Assembly (NCBI GenBank): GCA_017935525.1
Contig: JAGBHJ010000009.1
Span: forward strand, 1-32,786
DNA: 32,786 bases
DNA from: Clostridia bacterium
Lineage (GTDB): Bacteria; Bacillota; Clostridia; HGM11327
Reading direction: 5' to 3'
In this document: positions 1 through 10,532 of the stretch, one piece after another
Layout: the number at the start of each line of letters is the position of its first letter
Numbering within the stretch: position 1 is the stretch's first letter
Notes under the pieces: model-generated
Told to the model about the DNA's origin: nothing
Database searches by the model: none
What the model saw: the letters and a program-made list of their open reading frames with translations, nothing else
Program-made: the position numbers and the translations under genes

Positions 1-41
1 AGGGCTCCGTGGTTGAGGTTAAGAAAGCCGTTAAGTCATAA
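1..41 (+). CDS. rplC: 50S ribosomal protein L3, C-terminal fragment (gene starts upstream of window)
   Basis: The frame ending at TAA 39-41 reads GSVVEVKKAVKS*. rplD starts 11 nt later, which fits the S10-operon order rplC-rplD. Confidence 0.6.
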   Translation, partial: GSVVEVKKAVKS

Positions 42-52
42 GGAGAATAGAG

Positions 53-682
53 ATGCCGATAGTAAATTTATATAACATGAATGCAGAAGTGATCGGTGAG
101 ATTAACCTCGCTGATGAGATCTTCGGCAGTGACAAGATTAACGATACTGTTATTCATCAGGTAATGAAGATGCAGCTCGCTAACAAGAGACAGGGCACAC
201 AGTCCACACTCACACGTACAGAGGTTAGCGGCGGCGGCAAGAAGCCCTACAGACAGAAGGGCACAGGCAGAGCAAGACAGGGTTCCACAAGAGCTCCCCA
301 GTGGAGACATGGTGGCGTAGTATTCGCTCCCAAGCCGAGAGATTACAGCTTCTCCGTTCCGAAGAAGGTTAAGAGACTTGCTCTTAAGGGCACACTCGCT
401 TCCAAGGTTTGCGAGAACACCATCAAGGTAATCGACAGCATTTCAGTTGAAGAATTCAAGACAAAGGTTATCGCAGGTATGCTCGCTAAGTTTGAGCTTA
501 CAGGCAAGAAGACAATGCTCCTCATTAAGGAAAATGATGAGAAGCTCGTAAAGTCAGCAAGAAACATCCCCGGACTCATCGTTTCTTTCGTTGGTTCCCT
601 CAATGTTGTTGACTTGTTGAACTACGACAACGTGATCGTAAGCAAGGCTGCGATCGAGATGATTGAAGAGGTGTATAGATAA
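53..682 (+). CDS. rplD: 50S ribosomal protein L4
   Basis: 209-aa ORF with the typical L4 core (GGGKKPYRQKGTGRARQGS). AGGAG lies upstream of the ATG. Operon position fits. Confidence 0.97.
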   Translation: MPIVNLYNMNAEVIGEINLADEIFGSDKINDTVIHQVMKMQLANKRQGTQSTLTRTEVSGGGKKPYRQKGTGRARQGSTRAPQWRHGGVVFAPKPRDYSFSVPKKVKRLALKGTLASKVCENTIKVIDSISVEEFKTKVIAGMLAKFELTGKKTMLLIKENDEKLVKSARNIPGLIVSFVGSLNVVDLLNYDNVIVSKAAIEMIEEVYR

Positions 683-981
683 TGAAGACAGTTTATGATA
701 TTATATTAACACCTGTATTGACAGAGAAGAGCTACGCTCAGTTCGCAGACAGAAAGTACACCTTTAAGGTAGACGTAAACGCTAACAAGTTCCAGATCAA
801 GGAAGCTGTTGAGAAGATCTTCGGCGTTGAGGTTGAAAAGGTATACACAATGCGTTACGACGGTAAGATCAAGAACGCTAACAGACGCGTTCCCACAGGT
901 AAGACACCTCGTTACAAGAAGGCAATCGTTAAGCTCACAGCTGGCAGCAAGACGATCGAGTTCTTCGACGGCATGGCGTAA
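682..981 (+). CDS. rplW: 50S ribosomal protein L23
   Basis: 99-aa ORF whose start overlaps the rplD stop (TAATG). L23-like sequence (LTEKS..., KKAIVKL). Confidence 0.96.
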   Translation: MKTVYDIILTPVLTEKSYAQFADRKYTFKVDVNANKFQIKEAVEKIFGVEVEKVYTMRYDGKIKNANRRVPTGKTPRYKKAIVKLTAGSKTIEFFDGMA

Positions 982-1000
982 GCAGAACGGAGGATAAGAA

Positions 1001-1831
1001 ATGGCATTAAAGACATTCAGACCGACATCACCTGCAAGAAGACAGATGACAACGTTGGTTAACGAAGAAATTACAAAATATTCACCGGAAAAGAGCTTGC
1101 TCGCTCCCCAGAAGAAGAATGCCGGCAGAAACAGCTACGGCAGGATCACCGTTAGACACCAGGGTGGCGGCAACAGACAGAAGTACAGAGTAATCGACTT
1201 CAAGAGAAATAAGGACGGTATCCCCGCAAAGGTTGTTGGTATCGAGTACGATCCTAACAGATCCGCTAACATCGCTCTTTTGAGCTATGCTGACGGTGAG
1301 AAGAGATACATCATCGCTCCTTACGGCCTCAAGCCCAATGACGTGGTTATGTCCGGTGAGACAGCAGAGATCAAGACAGGTAACGCTCTCCAGATCAAGG
1401 ATATCCCGGTTGGTACAATTATCCACTGCATCGAGCTTTATCCCAACAAGGGCGCTCAGCTGGTAAGATCTGCAGGCGGCTTCGCTCAGCTCATGGCTAA
1501 GGAAGACAAGTTTGCTCAGGTTAGACTTCCCTCCGGCGAAGTTCGTATGATCAGAGTAGAGTGCAGAGCTACAATCGGTACAGTTGGTAACCTGGATTAC
1601 GAAAACGTTTCTTACGGTAAGGCTGGTAGAATCCGTCACATGGGTATCAAGCCCACAGTTCGCGGTTCCGTTATGAACCCCTGCGATCACCCTCATGGTG
1701 GTGGTGAAGGTAGAGCTCCTATCGGTAGACCCGGCCCGGTTACACCTTGGGGTAAGCCTGCTCTTGGATACAAGACACGTAAGAAGAAACAGTCTGATAA
1801 GTACATCATCAGCAGAAGAAAGTCTAAGTAA
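1001..1831 (+). CDS. rplB: 50S ribosomal protein L2
   Basis: 276-aa ORF with L2 hallmarks ([29 protein letters not shown]). Confidence 0.98.
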   Translation: MALKTFRPTSPARRQMTTLVNEEITKYSPEKSLLAPQKKNAGRNSYGRITVRHQGGGNRQKYRVIDFKRNKDGIPAKVVGIEYDPNRSANIALLSYADGEKRYIIAPYGLKPNDVVMSGETAEIKTGNALQIKDIPVGTIIHCIELYPNKGAQLVRSAGGFAQLMAKEDKFAQVRLPSGEVRMIRVECRATIGTVGNLDYENVSYGKAGRIRHMGIKPTVRGSVMNPCDHPHGGGEGRAPIGRPGPVTPWGKPALGYKTRKKKQSDKYIISRRKSK

Positions 1832-1852
1832 TGTGGAAGGAGGCTTTTAATA

Positions 1853-2140
1853 ATGAGTCGTTCAATTAAAAAAGGACCTTACGTTGCAGAATCTTTGATG
1901 AAGAAGATCGAAGCAATGAACGAAAGCGGCAACAAGTCTGTTATCAAGACTTGGTCAAGAGCTTCAATGATTTTCCCGGAAATGACAGGACACACAATTG
2001 CTGTTCACGATGGCAGAAAGCATGTTCCGATCTATATAACAGAGGAAATGATCGGTCATAAGTTGGGTGAATTCGTTCCGACAAGAACATTCAAAGGCCA
2101 TGTCGACAAGTCGGCAGATAAATCCTCTAAGGCTAGATGA
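1853..2140 (+). CDS. rpsS: 30S ribosomal protein S19
   Basis: 95-aa ORF starting [11 protein letters not shown], with the [13 protein letters not shown] motif. Confidence 0.98.
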   Translation: MSRSIKKGPYVAESLMKKIEAMNESGNKSVIKTWSRASMIFPEMTGHTIAVHDGRKHVPIYITEEMIGHKLGEFVPTRTFKGHVDKSADKSSKAR

Positions 2141-2164
2141 TCTTAACGGAAGGAGGACAATACT

Positions 2165-2551
2165 ATGGCAACTAGAGAAAGAGAAAAGGCAGCTAAGAGA
2201 GCTGAAGCTCGTGACAACAGACCTCACGCTTCAGTCAACAATATAAGAATTCCTGCACAGAAGGTAAGAATAGTAATCGATCTGATAAGAGGTAAGGACG
2301 TTAATGAGGCTATTGCGATCCTCGCAAATACTCCCAAGTCCGCTTCTCCGATCGTGCTCAAGCTTTTGAAGTCTGCAATCGCAAACGCAGAGCACAACCT
2401 GTCCATGGCAACAGATAACCTGTACGTTCAGGAGATCTGGGCTAACGACGGTTTTATAATGAAGAGATTCATGCCTAGAGCAAAGGGCAGTGCAGCAGGT
2501 ATCCAGAAGAGAACAAGCCACATCACGGTTGTTCTTAACGAGAGAAAGTAA
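2165..2551 (+). CDS. rplV: 50S ribosomal protein L22
   Basis: 128-aa ORF, L22-like ([36 protein letters not shown]). Confidence 0.96.
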   Translation: MATREREKAAKRAEARDNRPHASVNNIRIPAQKVRIVIDLIRGKDVNEAIAILANTPKSASPIVLKLLKSAIANAEHNLSMATDNLYVQEIWANDGFIMKRFMPRAKGSAAGIQKRTSHITVVLNERK

Positions 2552-2568
2552 TATAGGGGGATCGTCAA

Positions 2569-3216
2569 GTGGGTCAGAAAGTTAATCCCAACGGATTAAG
2601 AGTTGGCGTTATTAAGGAATGGGATGCAAAATGGTATGCATCAAAGAAGAACTACGCTGACTTGTTGGTAGAAGATTATAACTTGAGAAATATGCTCAAG
2701 GAGAGCCTTAAGGATTCAAGCGTTTCTAAGATCGAGATCGAAAGAGCCGCAAACAAGATTCAGGTTAGCATTTATACAGCAAAGCCCGGCATTGTAATCG
2801 GCAAGAACGGTGCAAGAGTTGAGGAGATCAAGAAGGATATTATTGCTTTCACAGGCAAGGAGGTTTCCCTCAATATCGTTGAGATCAAGAATCCCGACAA
2901 GGATGCACAGCTCGTTGCAGAGAGCATTGCGGCTCAGCTGGAGAGAAGAGTATCATTCCGTCGTGCAATGAAGTTTGCTATGTCCCGTGCAGAAAAGGCA
3001 GGCGCTAAGGGTATCAAGACAATGGTATCAGGCCGTCTTAACGGTAACGAGATCGCAAGAAGCGAGGCTTACAACGAGGGTACAACTCCGTTGCAGACAT
3101 TGAGAGCAGATATCGACTACGGTTTTGCTGAGGCACATACAACCTACGGTATCATCGGTGTTAAGGTTTGGGTTTACAAGGGCGAAGTCCTTGCCAAGGA
3201 TAAGAACAACAAGTAA
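2569..3216 (+). CDS. rpsC: 30S ribosomal protein S3
   Basis: GTG start; the protein starts [13 protein letters not shown] and has a KH-domain-like core. Confidence 0.97.
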   Translation: MGQKVNPNGLRVGVIKEWDAKWYASKKNYADLLVEDYNLRNMLKESLKDSSVSKIEIERAANKIQVSIYTAKPGIVIGKNGARVEEIKKDIIAFTGKEVSLNIVEIKNPDKDAQLVAESIAAQLERRVSFRRAMKFAMSRAEKAGAKGIKTMVSGRLNGNEIARSEAYNEGTTPLQTLRADIDYGFAEAHTTYGIIGVKVWVYKGEVLAKDKNNK

Positions 3217-3237
3217 TATGGGAGGCTTAGATAAATC

Positions 3238-3663
3238 ATGTTAATGCCTAAGAGAGTTAAAAGAAGAAGAGTTCACAGAGGACGCATGAAGGGCCAGGCT
3301 CATAAGAACAACTTTGTTGCTTATGGCGAGTACGGCCTTATGTCCATGGAGCCTTCATGGATAACAAGCAATCAGATCGAGGCAGCCCGTGTTGCTATGA
3401 CACGTTATGCTAAGAGAGACGGTAAGGTTTGGCTGAAGATATTCCCTCACAAGCCTGTTACAGAGAAGCCCGCTGAAACACGTATGGGTTCCGGTAAGGG
3501 TGCTCCGTCCTACTGGGTTGCAGTAGTAAAGCCGGGTACGGTTATGTTTGAAATCGCAGGTTTGTCAGAAGAAGTATCGAGAGAAGCTCTCCGTCTTGCA
3601 TCTCACAAGCTTCCGGTTAAGTGTAAGATAGTAAAGAAAGAAGAAATGGGTGGTGAAGAATAA
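3238..3663 (+). CDS. rplP: 50S ribosomal protein L16
   Basis: The protein starts [11 protein letters not shown] and contains the RMGSGKG motif. Confidence 0.97.
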   Translation: MLMPKRVKRRRVHRGRMKGQAHKNNFVAYGEYGLMSMEPSWITSNQIEAARVAMTRYAKRDGKVWLKIFPHKPVTEKPAETRMGSGKGAPSYWVAVVKPGTVMFEIAGLSEEVSREALRLASHKLPVKCKIVKKEEMGGEE

Positions 3664-3863
3664 TGAAAGCTACTGAAATTAGAGAAATGACAAATGAAGA
3701 GCTTACAAAAAAGCTTGAAGAATTTAAGAGTGAGCTTTTCGTTCTTCGTTTCCAGAATGAAACAGGTCAATTGGAAAACCCGATGAAGATAAACCTTATC
3801 AAGAAGGATATCGCAAGAGTAAAGACAGTTCTGCGCGAAAGAGCTGCTAATGTGAACGGCTGA
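3663..3863 (+). CDS. rpmC: 50S ribosomal protein L29
   Basis: 66-aa ORF overlapping the rplP stop (TAATG). L29-like sequence (ELFVLRFQ). Confidence 0.95.
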   Translation: MKATEIREMTNEELTKKLEEFKSELFVLRFQNETGQLENPMKINLIKKDIARVKTVLRERAANVNG

Positions 3864-3880
3864 GAAGGGAGGCAGTACTC

Positions 3881-4135
3881 ATGGAAAGAAATCTTAGAAA
3901 ACAGAGAATCGGTATTGTCATCAGCAATAAGATGGATAAGACTATCGTTGTTGCAATCAGAGAGAGAAAGCTCGATAAGCTTTATGGCAAGGTTGTAAAC
4001 AGAACAAAGAAGCTCATGGCTCACGATGAGGAAAATCAGTGCGGCATCGGCGACAGAGTTCTCGTTATGGAAACAAGACCTCTCAGCAAGAACAAGCGTT
4101 GGCGCGTTGTGGAAGTTCTTCAGAAGGCAGATTAA
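3881..4135 (+). CDS. rpsQ: 30S ribosomal protein S17
   Basis: 84-aa ORF, S17-like ([28 protein letters not shown]). Confidence 0.96.
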   Translation: MERNLRKQRIGIVISNKMDKTIVVAIRERKLDKLYGKVVNRTKKLMAHDEENQCGIGDRVLVMETRPLSKNKRWRVVEVLQKAD

Positions 4136-4152
4136 TTTAAGGAGGAATAACT

Positions 4153-4521
4153 GTGATTCAGCAGCAAACAATTTTATCTGTTGGCGACAACACAGGTGCT
4201 AAGGAGATCATGTGCATCAGAGTGTTGGGCGGCTCCGGCAGAGTATATGCAAATATCGGTGATATTATAGTTGCCAGCGTTAAAAGTGCAACACCCGGCG
4301 GCGTTGTAAAAAAGGGCGACGTTGTAAGGGCTGTAGTTGTTCGTTCAACAAAAGGCCTCAAGAGAGCTGACGGTTCCATTATTCGTTTTGACGAGAATGC
4401 AGCAGTTATCATTGATAAGGATAAGCAGCCTCGCGGAACACGTATTTTTGGGCCAGTAGCAAGAGAGCTCAGAGAAAAGGATTTCATGAGAATCATTTCT
4501 CTCGCGCCTGAAGTGCTTTAA
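4153..4521 (+). CDS. rplN: 50S ribosomal protein L14
   Basis: GTG start after AAGGAGG; the protein starts [17 protein letters not shown]. Confidence 0.97.
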   Translation: MIQQQTILSVGDNTGAKEIMCIRVLGGSGRVYANIGDIIVASVKSATPGGVVKKGDVVRAVVVRSTKGLKRADGSIIRFDENAAVIIDKDKQPRGTRIFGPVARELREKDFMRIISLAPEVL

Positions 4522-4538
4522 TTTGGAGGACGCAAATA

Positions 4539-4856
4539 ATGAAAATGCATGTAAAGAAGAATGATAAAGTAATCGTTATTTCCGGTGAAGACGCAGGCGT
4601 AATCGGTAACGTTATTGAATCCATGCCTAAGGAAGGCAAGGTAGTTGTAAAGGGTGTAAACATCGTTAAGAAGCATGTTAGACCCAGAAATGCTCAGCAG
4701 CAGGGCGGAATTCTCGACCAGGAAGCTGCTATCTACGCATCAAAGGTAATGCTCTACTGCGACAAGTGCAAGGCAGGCGTTAGAGTTGCTCACAAGATCA
4801 ACGAGGACGGCTCCAAGGTTAGAGTTTGCAAGAAGTGCGGCGAAGTGATTGAATAA
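4539..4856 (+). CDS. rplX: 50S ribosomal protein L24 (Cys4 zinc-ribbon-type C-terminus)
   Basis: KOW-type N-terminus ([16 protein letters not shown]). The C-terminus carries CDKC...CKKC. Confidence 0.95.
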   Translation: MKMHVKKNDKVIVISGEDAGVIGNVIESMPKEGKVVVKGVNIVKKHVRPRNAQQQGGILDQEAAIYASKVMLYCDKCKAGVRVAHKINEDGSKVRVCKKCGEVIE

Positions 4857-4879
4857 GGCTGAGAGGAAGGAATAATAAA

Positions 4880-5422
4880 ATGGATAGACTTATTGAAAAG
4901 TACAATAAGGAAGTAGTTCCTGCATTGCAGAACCGCTTCAACTATAAGAATGTTATGCAGATTCCGAAGCTGGAAAAGATCATCGTTAACATGAGAGTTG
5001 GCGAGGCTAAGGAAAACCCCAAGGCTCTTGAAGGCGCTATTGCAGACATGCGTATCATCACAGGCCAGCAGCCTGTTGTTACAGTAGCAAGAAAGTCCAT
5101 CGCAAACTTTAAGGTTCGTGAAGGACAGAAGATCGGCTGCAAGGTAACACTCAGAGGCGACATGATGCTCAGCTTCTTTGACAGACTTGTTAACATAGCT
5201 CTCCCCAGAACACGTGACTTTAAGGGCGTGTCCAGAGATTCTTTCGACGGCAGAGGAAACTATGCTATGGGTATTAAGGAACAGCTCATTTTCCCTGAAA
5301 TTGAGTATGACAAGATTGACAAGATCAGAGGCTTTGATATTATTATCGTAACAACAGCCCAGACTGACGAAGAGGCAAGAGTACTCCTTGAGGAATACGG
5401 TATGCCTTTCGCAAAGCAGTAA
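4880..5422 (+). CDS. rplE: 50S ribosomal protein L5
   Basis: 180-aa ORF, L5-like ([35 protein letters not shown]). Confidence 0.97.
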   Translation: MDRLIEKYNKEVVPALQNRFNYKNVMQIPKLEKIIVNMRVGEAKENPKALEGAIADMRIITGQQPVVTVARKSIANFKVREGQKIGCKVTLRGDMMLSFFDRLVNIALPRTRDFKGVSRDSFDGRGNYAMGIKEQLIFPEIEYDKIDKIRGFDIIIVTTAQTDEEARVLLEEYGMPFAKQ

Positions 5423-5434
5423 GGAGGAACAACA

Positions 5435-5620
5435 ATGGCTAAGACATCTTTGAAGGTAAAGCAGCAGAGACCTGCTAAGTTTTCAACAAGAGAATATAAC
5501 CGTTGCAAGATTTGTGGAAGACCTCATGCTTACTTGAGAAAGTACGGAATTTGCAGAATTTGTTTCAGAGAGTTGGCTTACAAAGGTGAAATTCCGGGCG
5601 TTCGCAAGGCTAGCTGGTAA
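5435..5620 (+). CDS. rpsN: 30S ribosomal protein S14, short zinc-binding (type Z) form
   Basis: 61-aa ORF with CKICGRP...CRIC and the C-terminal KASW. Confidence 0.96.
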   Translation: MAKTSLKVKQQRPAKFSTREYNRCKICGRPHAYLRKYGICRICFRELAYKGEIPGVRKASW

Positions 5621-5641
5621 TCAACTTAAGGAGGAATAACA

Positions 5642-6040
5642 ATGGCTATTACAGATCCTATAGCAGATATGCTTACTCGCATGAGAAATGCTCTCACAAT
5701 CAGACAGGAAACTGTTATGATCCCTGTTTCTACGATCAAGGTTGCGATTGCAGATATTCTCGTGAGAGAAGGTTACATTAAATCATATAAGATAGTAAAA
5801 GAAGGAAAATTCGATTCAATAAGAGTTAGTCTGAAGTACACAGCTGACAAGAAGTCCGTTATCAGCGGTCTTAAGAGAATCAGCAAGCCCGGTCTTCGCG
5901 TTTACGCAGGAAAAGACGAGCTTCCTAAGGTGCTTGACGGCTTGGGCATTGCAATCGTTTCGACTTCAGGCGGTATTATGACGGACAAAGAAGCACGCAA
6001 GGCTGGCCTTGGCGGTGAAGTTCTCTGCTTCGTATGGTAA
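5642..6040 (+). CDS. rpsH: 30S ribosomal protein S8
   Basis: The protein starts [17 protein letters not shown]. 132 aa. Confidence 0.97.
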   Translation: MAITDPIADMLTRMRNALTIRQETVMIPVSTIKVAIADILVREGYIKSYKIVKEGKFDSIRVSLKYTADKKSVISGLKRISKPGLRVYAGKDELPKVLDGLGIAIVSTSGGIMTDKEARKAGLGGEVLCFVW

Positions 6041-6068
6041 TCGACCGGAATGAAAGGCGGATATTGAT

Positions 6069-6626
6069 ATGTCAAGAATAGGTAGAAAGGTAATTCCCGT
6101 ACCGGCATCTGTTAAGGTAAACCTCGATGCTGATAAGGTTATCACAGTAAAGGGACCCAAGGGCGAATTACAGTATAAGATAAATCCCGAAATTACGGTT
6201 GAAGTTGAAGGCAATGAGATCAGATGCTCTCGTTCCAGCGACGAGCAGAGAGACAGAGCTCTTCACGGTCTTACAAGAGTGCTTATCAACAACATGGTTG
6301 TTGGTGTCACAGATGGCTTCAGCAAGACTCTTGAGGTTGTGGGTGTTGGTTACAGAGCAGAAAAGAAGGGCAAGGCTCTTCACCTGAACGTAGGCTTCTC
6401 TCACCCCATTATTTTTGAAGAGCCCAAGGGCATCACGATCGATGTTCCCAACCAGAACACGATCGTAGTTAATGGCTACGACAAGGTACAGGTTGGCGAG
6501 GTTGCTGCTAAGATCAGATCCTTCAGAAAGCCCAATCCGTATGCAGACAGTGCTGCTTATGCTAAGGGTATCAGATACCAGGGCGAGCGTATTGCTGTTA
6601 AAGAAGGCAAGAAGTCAACTAAATAA
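6069..6626 (+). CDS. rplF: 50S ribosomal protein L6
   Basis: The protein starts MSRIGRKVIPVPASVKV. 185 aa. Confidence 0.97.
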   Translation: MSRIGRKVIPVPASVKVNLDADKVITVKGPKGELQYKINPEITVEVEGNEIRCSRSSDEQRDRALHGLTRVLINNMVVGVTDGFSKTLEVVGVGYRAEKKGKALHLNVGFSHPIIFEEPKGITIDVPNQNTIVVNGYDKVQVGEVAAKIRSFRKPNPYADSAAYAKGIRYQGERIAVKEGKKSTK

Positions 6627-6645
6627 TCGGTAAGGAGAACAGCAA

Positions 6646-7012
6646 ATGGTTAGTAAAGTAAATAGTAATGAAAAGCGTCTCGAGCGTCATAGAAGAATTA
6701 GAAAGAATTTGAACGGCACAAGCGAAAAGCCCCGTTTTGATGTTTTCCGCAGCTCCAAGCACATTTATGTTGATTATCGATGACACAAAGGGCGTAACAC
6801 TTGTTGCAGCTTCAACTGTTGAAAAGGAGATCGCTGAGGCGGTTGCCGGCAAGACAAAGACAGAGGCTGCTCAGATCGTTGGTCAGATCGCTGCTGAAAG
6901 AGCAAAGGCAAACGGTATCGAAACAGTTGTGTTCGACCGTGGCGGATACATCTATCACGGCAGAGTTAAGGCTGTAGCAGACGGCGCAAGAGAAGCCGGA
7001 CTCAACTTCTGA
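6646..7012 (+). CDS. rplR: 50S ribosomal protein L18, reading frame interrupted (apparent frameshift near 6769-6783)
   Basis: AAGGAG then ATG at 6646 gives [42 protein letters not shown], which runs into TGA 6781-6783. The L18 C-terminal part ([16 protein letters not shown]...[17 protein letters not shown]) is in the +1 frame and ends at 7012. The span is 367 nt, which is 3n+1. Confidence 0.85.
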
Positions 7013-7026
7013 GGAGGAAAAGAACA

Positions 7027-7530
7027 ATGCGTATTGATTACAGTAAGATGGAAAATCAGCTTCAGGAGAAGCTCATTAAGTACAACTCTGTTACTAAGGT
7101 TGTTAAGGGCGGTAAGAACAACCGTTGGAGCGCTATCGTAGTTGTTGGTGACAACAACGGTCACGTTGGCGTAGGCAGCGGTAAGGCTATCGAAATCGGT
7201 GAGGCTCACAGAAAGGCAAACGAGGCTGCTAAGAAGCACCTTATGTACGTTCCCAGAAGAGGCTCCACAATTCCTCACAGAATTATCGGTGAATTCGGTA
7301 GCGGTAAGGTACTCATCATGCCCGCAAGACCCGGTACAGGCGTTATCGCCGGCGGTGCGGTTCGTGCAGTGCTTGAGTTGGCAGGTGTTAAGGACGTAAG
7401 AGCAAAGAACTTGGGTTCTAACAATGTTGGTAACGTTCTTAATGCTACATTGGACGCTCTTTCAAAGCTTAAGGATGCAGAGACTGTTGCTAAGAACAGA
7501 GGCAAGACAGTTGAAGAGATCCTTGAGTAA
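7027..7530 (+). CDS. rpsE: 30S ribosomal protein S5
   Basis: 167-aa ORF, S5-like ([33 protein letters not shown]). Confidence 0.96.
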   Translation: MRIDYSKMENQLQEKLIKYNSVTKVVKGGKNNRWSAIVVVGDNNGHVGVGSGKAIEIGEAHRKANEAAKKHLMYVPRRGSTIPHRIIGEFGSGKVLIMPARPGTGVIAGGAVRAVLELAGVKDVRAKNLGSNNVGNVLNATLDALSKLKDAETVAKNRGKTVEEILE

Positions 7531-7545
7531 TCGGAGGTAGTTATA

Positions 7546-7734
7546 ATGGCAAAGATCAAGGTTACTCAGATTAAGAGTACAAACAAAGAAACTGAAAAGC
7601 AGAAGGCTAATATCAAGGCTCTCGGTCTTAAGAAGATCCGCGACAGCCGAGTTTTTGAGGATACACCGGATATTATGGGTAAAATCAAGGCGGTTGCTCA
7701 CTTGGTAAAGGTTGAGCCTGCTGATAACGAATAA
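7546..7734 (+). CDS. rpmD: 50S ribosomal protein L30
   Basis: 62-aa ORF starting MAKIKVTQIKS. Position between rpsE and rplO fits. Confidence 0.94.
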   Translation: MAKIKVTQIKSTNKETEKQKANIKALGLKKIRDSRVFEDTPDIMGKIKAVAHLVKVEPADNE

Positions 7735-7749
7735 TTCGGAGGTGTAAAC

Positions 7750-8193
7750 GTGAAGCAGCATGAATTAAAGCCCGTTAAGGGCGCTTTGGCTAAGGCTACA
7801 AAGCGTAGAGGCCGTGGTACAGCTACCGGTCAGGGTAAGACAGGCGGTAGAGGTGAGAACGGTCAGTGGTCCAGAAGCGGCGGCGGCGTAAGAATCGGTT
7901 TTGAAGGCGGTCAGATGCCTCTCGTAAGACGTTTGCCTAAGCGTGGCTTCCACAATCATTTCGAAATCACTTACACAGAAGTAAACGTTGAGCGTTTTGA
8001 AATTTTTGAGGACGGCACAGTTGTAACACCTGAATTGCTTTTGGAAAACGGCATCATCAGAAAGCTCAATGACGGAGTTAAGGTTCTCGGCAGAGGCGAG
8101 CTCACAAAGAAGCTTACAGTAAAGGCTAACAAGTTCACAGACGGTGCAGTATCTAAGATAGAAGCGGTAGGTGGAAAGACAGAGGTGCTCTGA
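7750..8193 (+). CDS. rplO: 50S ribosomal protein L15
   Basis: GTG start after GGAGG. Gly/Arg-rich N-terminus ([17 protein letters not shown]). Confidence 0.96.
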   Translation: MKQHELKPVKGALAKATKRRGRGTATGQGKTGGRGENGQWSRSGGGVRIGFEGGQMPLVRRLPKRGFHNHFEITYTEVNVERFEIFEDGTVVTPELLLENGIIRKLNDGVKVLGRGELTKKLTVKANKFTDGAVSKIEAVGGKTEVL

Positions 8194-9455
8194 TGCTTGA
8201 GACATTCAAAAATGCGTGGAAAGTAGTTGAGATCAGAAAAAAACTGTTGTTCACTCTTTTGATAGTGGCAATATTCAGAATCGGTTGCTGTATCCCTGTT
8301 CCCGGTGTCGACATGACTAAGGTGGCAGAGGTAGTAAACGGTAACTCTTTCTTCGGTTTGTTCAACGTACTTACCGGCGGTGCATTCGAAAGATATGCAA
8401 TTTTCGGTTTGGGTATCAGCCCTAACATTAATGCTTCAATCATTATTCAGCTCTTAACAATGGTCATCCCTGCTCTTGAGCGTTACTCCAAGGAGGGCGA
8501 AGAGGGTAGAAAGAAGATCGCAAAAATTACAAGATTTGCTACATTGGGTATTGCCCTGCTGATGTCAGTAGGCTTTACAGTAGGTATGAGAGCAACTATC
8601 GACAACAGCTTCCTTACTTATTTCTTTGTAGTTCTCACATTGACAGCAGGTGCAATGCTTACAATGTGGTTGGGTGAGCAGATCACAGAGAGCGGTATCG
8701 GCAACGGTATCTCAATGCTCATCTTTGCAGGTATCGTATCACAGATCGTACCTTCCTTTGCTGCACTGATCAGAACTGTTGTTGCAGGCAGCATGGGTTG
8801 GTGGTGGCTCCCGGTTATCGTGGTTGGCGTAGTGTTCATATTTGCGGCTATCGTATTTATGGACAAGGGCGAAAGAAAGATCGCTGTAAACTATGCTCAG
8901 AGAGTGGTTGGTCGTAAGGTGTACGGCGGACAGAGCACTCATATTCCTATGAAGCTCAACCCGTCAGGCGTATTGCCCATCATCTTTGCGATGTCAATCG
9001 TAATGCTCCCCCAGATGATCGGTTCATGGTTCCCCAAGAGCGGATTTACAAGCTTTGTTGGTAGATTCTTCTCCAGCACATCCTTGCTCCACATTGTGAT
9101 CTATGCGTTGCTTGTAATTTTCTTTGCTTTCTTCTATACGACGATGACGTTCAATCCTATTGAGGTTTCCAAGAACCTCAAGGAAAACGGCGGCTTTGTA
9201 CTGGGTATTCGTCCCGGTAAGCTTACGTCTGATTATTTGGCAAAGATTCTCAACAGATTGACTCTGGCAGGTTCTATTTTCCTTGCACTGTTGGCGATAC
9301 TCCCTAACATTTTGGGCGCGTTCGTTCCTGTGTTGAGCGGAATTGCAATCGGCGGATCTTCCACGATCATTCTTGTAAACGTAGCACTTGAGACTGCATC
9401 GCAGCTCGAATCCATGATGCTCATGCGTCATTACAAGGGATTCCTCAAGGCGTAA
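8193..9455 (+). CDS. secY: Preprotein translocase subunit SecY
   Basis: 420-aa polytopic membrane protein. Start overlaps the rplO stop (TGATG). Position in the spc operon fits. Confidence 0.97.
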   Translation: MLETFKNAWKVVEIRKKLLFTLLIVAIFRIGCCIPVPGVDMTKVAEVVNGNSFFGLFNVLTGGAFERYAIFGLGISPNINASIIIQLLTMVIPALERYSKEGEEGRKKIAKITRFATLGIALLMSVGFTVGMRATIDNSFLTYFFVVLTLTAGAMLTMWLGEQITESGIGNGISMLIFAGIVSQIVPSFAALIRTVVAGSMGWWWLPVIVVGVVFIFAAIVFMDKGERKIAVNYAQRVVGRKVYGGQSTHIPMKLNPSGVLPIIFAMSIVMLPQMIGSWFPKSGFTSFVGRFFSSTSLLHIVIYALLVIFFAFFYTTMTFNPIEVSKNLKENGGFVLGIRPGKLTSDYLAKILNRLTLAGSIFLALLAILPNILGAFVPVLSGIAIGGSSTIILVNVALETASQLESMMLMRHYKGFLKA

Positions 9456-9470
9456 AAAGAAGGTAGCACG

Positions 9471-10229
9471 TTGATAATCATAAAAAATTTATCTGAAATT
9501 GAGTTGATGCGAAAGTCCGGAGAGCTTCTGGCAGAGGTACTTCTTCTGCTGGAGGACGCTGTAAAGCCCGGCGTGTCAACGGCAGATCTGGATAATTTAG
9601 CTGAAAAGTTTATAACGGGACACGGTGCATATCCCACATTTAAGGGATATGCGGGTTTCCCGGCAGCTATATGTGCATCGGTAAACGAGGAGCTGCTCCA
9701 CGGTATCCCTTCCAAAAGAAAGATACTCAGAGAGGGCGACATAATCTCCATCGATGCGGGTGTTAACTACAAGGGACTTAACACCGACGCCGCAAGGACC
9801 TTTGCGGTGGGCAAGATATCCGAGGATGCTGAAAGAATTATACAGGTAACGGAGGAGTCGTTCTTCAGGGGCTTGCCCCATGCCTTGGTGGGAAACCGTC
9901 TTTACGACATTTCCGCAAGGATAGGACAACACATTGAGCGAAACGGTTTTAAGGTAGTTACGGATTACGTTGGTCACGGTGTGGGCAGAGAGCTCCACGA
10001 AGACCCAAGCATTCCAAACTACGGCAAGCCGGGCACGGGCATAAGGCTCAGAGCCGGCATGACATTGGCCGTTGAGCCCATGGTAACTACCAGAAGTCAT
10101 CAGGTAAAGGTGCTTGACGACGGCTGGACGGTGGTTGCCAGGGACGGCTTGTACTCAGCACACTATGAGAACACCATCCTTCTGACAGAGGAAGGACCGG
10201 AAATACTCACTCTTAAGGAAAAGTCATGA
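9471..10229 (+). CDS. map: Type I methionine aminopeptidase
   Basis: TTG start; 252 aa; MetAP-like blocks (GDIISIDAG, VGHGVGRELHEDP, LAVEPM). Confidence 0.95.
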   Translation: MIIIKNLSEIELMRKSGELLAEVLLLLEDAVKPGVSTADLDNLAEKFITGHGAYPTFKGYAGFPAAICASVNEELLHGIPSKRKILREGDIISIDAGVNYKGLNTDAARTFAVGKISEDAERIIQVTEESFFRGLPHALVGNRLYDISARIGQHIERNGFKVVTDYVGHGVGRELHEDPSIPNYGKPGTGIRLRAGMTLAVEPMVTTRSHQVKVLDDGWTVVARDGLYSAHYENTILLTEEGPEILTLKEKS

Positions 10230-10513
10230 GCTTTGCAGTGGGTGATGTGGTAATGTCCACAGCCGGCCACGACCGCGGCACATTGCTGGCGGTGGTCAGG
10301 GTTGAGGACGGATATGTGTGGGTGGCTGATGGGCAAACCAGAAGGCTTGATGCTCCAAAAAGAAAAAATCCCGGGCACTTGAGCAGCGTGGGCAGATTTG
10401 ACGAGGACGTCAGTTCTCAGCTGCTGCAAAGGTGCGGCGAGTTTGAGGTCAAACGCGGTACGGGCGATGCCGGTCTGCGGAAAAGACTGAAGGCGTTCAC
10501 AATTGAATTCTAA
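10226..10513 (+). CDS. Small KOW-domain protein (putative RNA-binding), function unknown
   Basis: 95-aa ORF with an ATGA overlap on the map stop. The N-terminal VGDVVMSTAGHDRG resembles a KOW motif. Small KOW proteins between map and infA are annotated in Clostridia (from memory). Confidence 0.7.
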   Translation: MSFAVGDVVMSTAGHDRGTLLAVVRVEDGYVWVADGQTRRLDAPKRKNPGHLSSVGRFDEDVSSQLLQRCGEFEVKRGTGDAGLRKRLKAFTIEF

Positions 10514-10532
10514 AAAATGAGAGGTAATTTTC

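Noticed and set aside
1082-1696. Long antisense ORFs inside well-supported genes: 1082-1696(-), 14789-15739(-), 16888-17640(-), 20273-21208(-), 21948-22571(-), 29540-30079(-), and many shorter ones.
   Set aside because: They lie opposite or out of frame to genes with unmistakable protein signatures. They have no SD sites and show low-complexity, Cys/Ser/Leu-rich translations typical of antisense frames.
6778-6784. Programmed +1 frameshift at CGA-TGA-C in rplR (prfB-like).
   Set aside because: Shifting at the stop would replace the conserved LIIDD block with DYRD. There is no upstream SD-like stimulator at the right distance. An indel in the T-run near 6768-6772 explains the data better.
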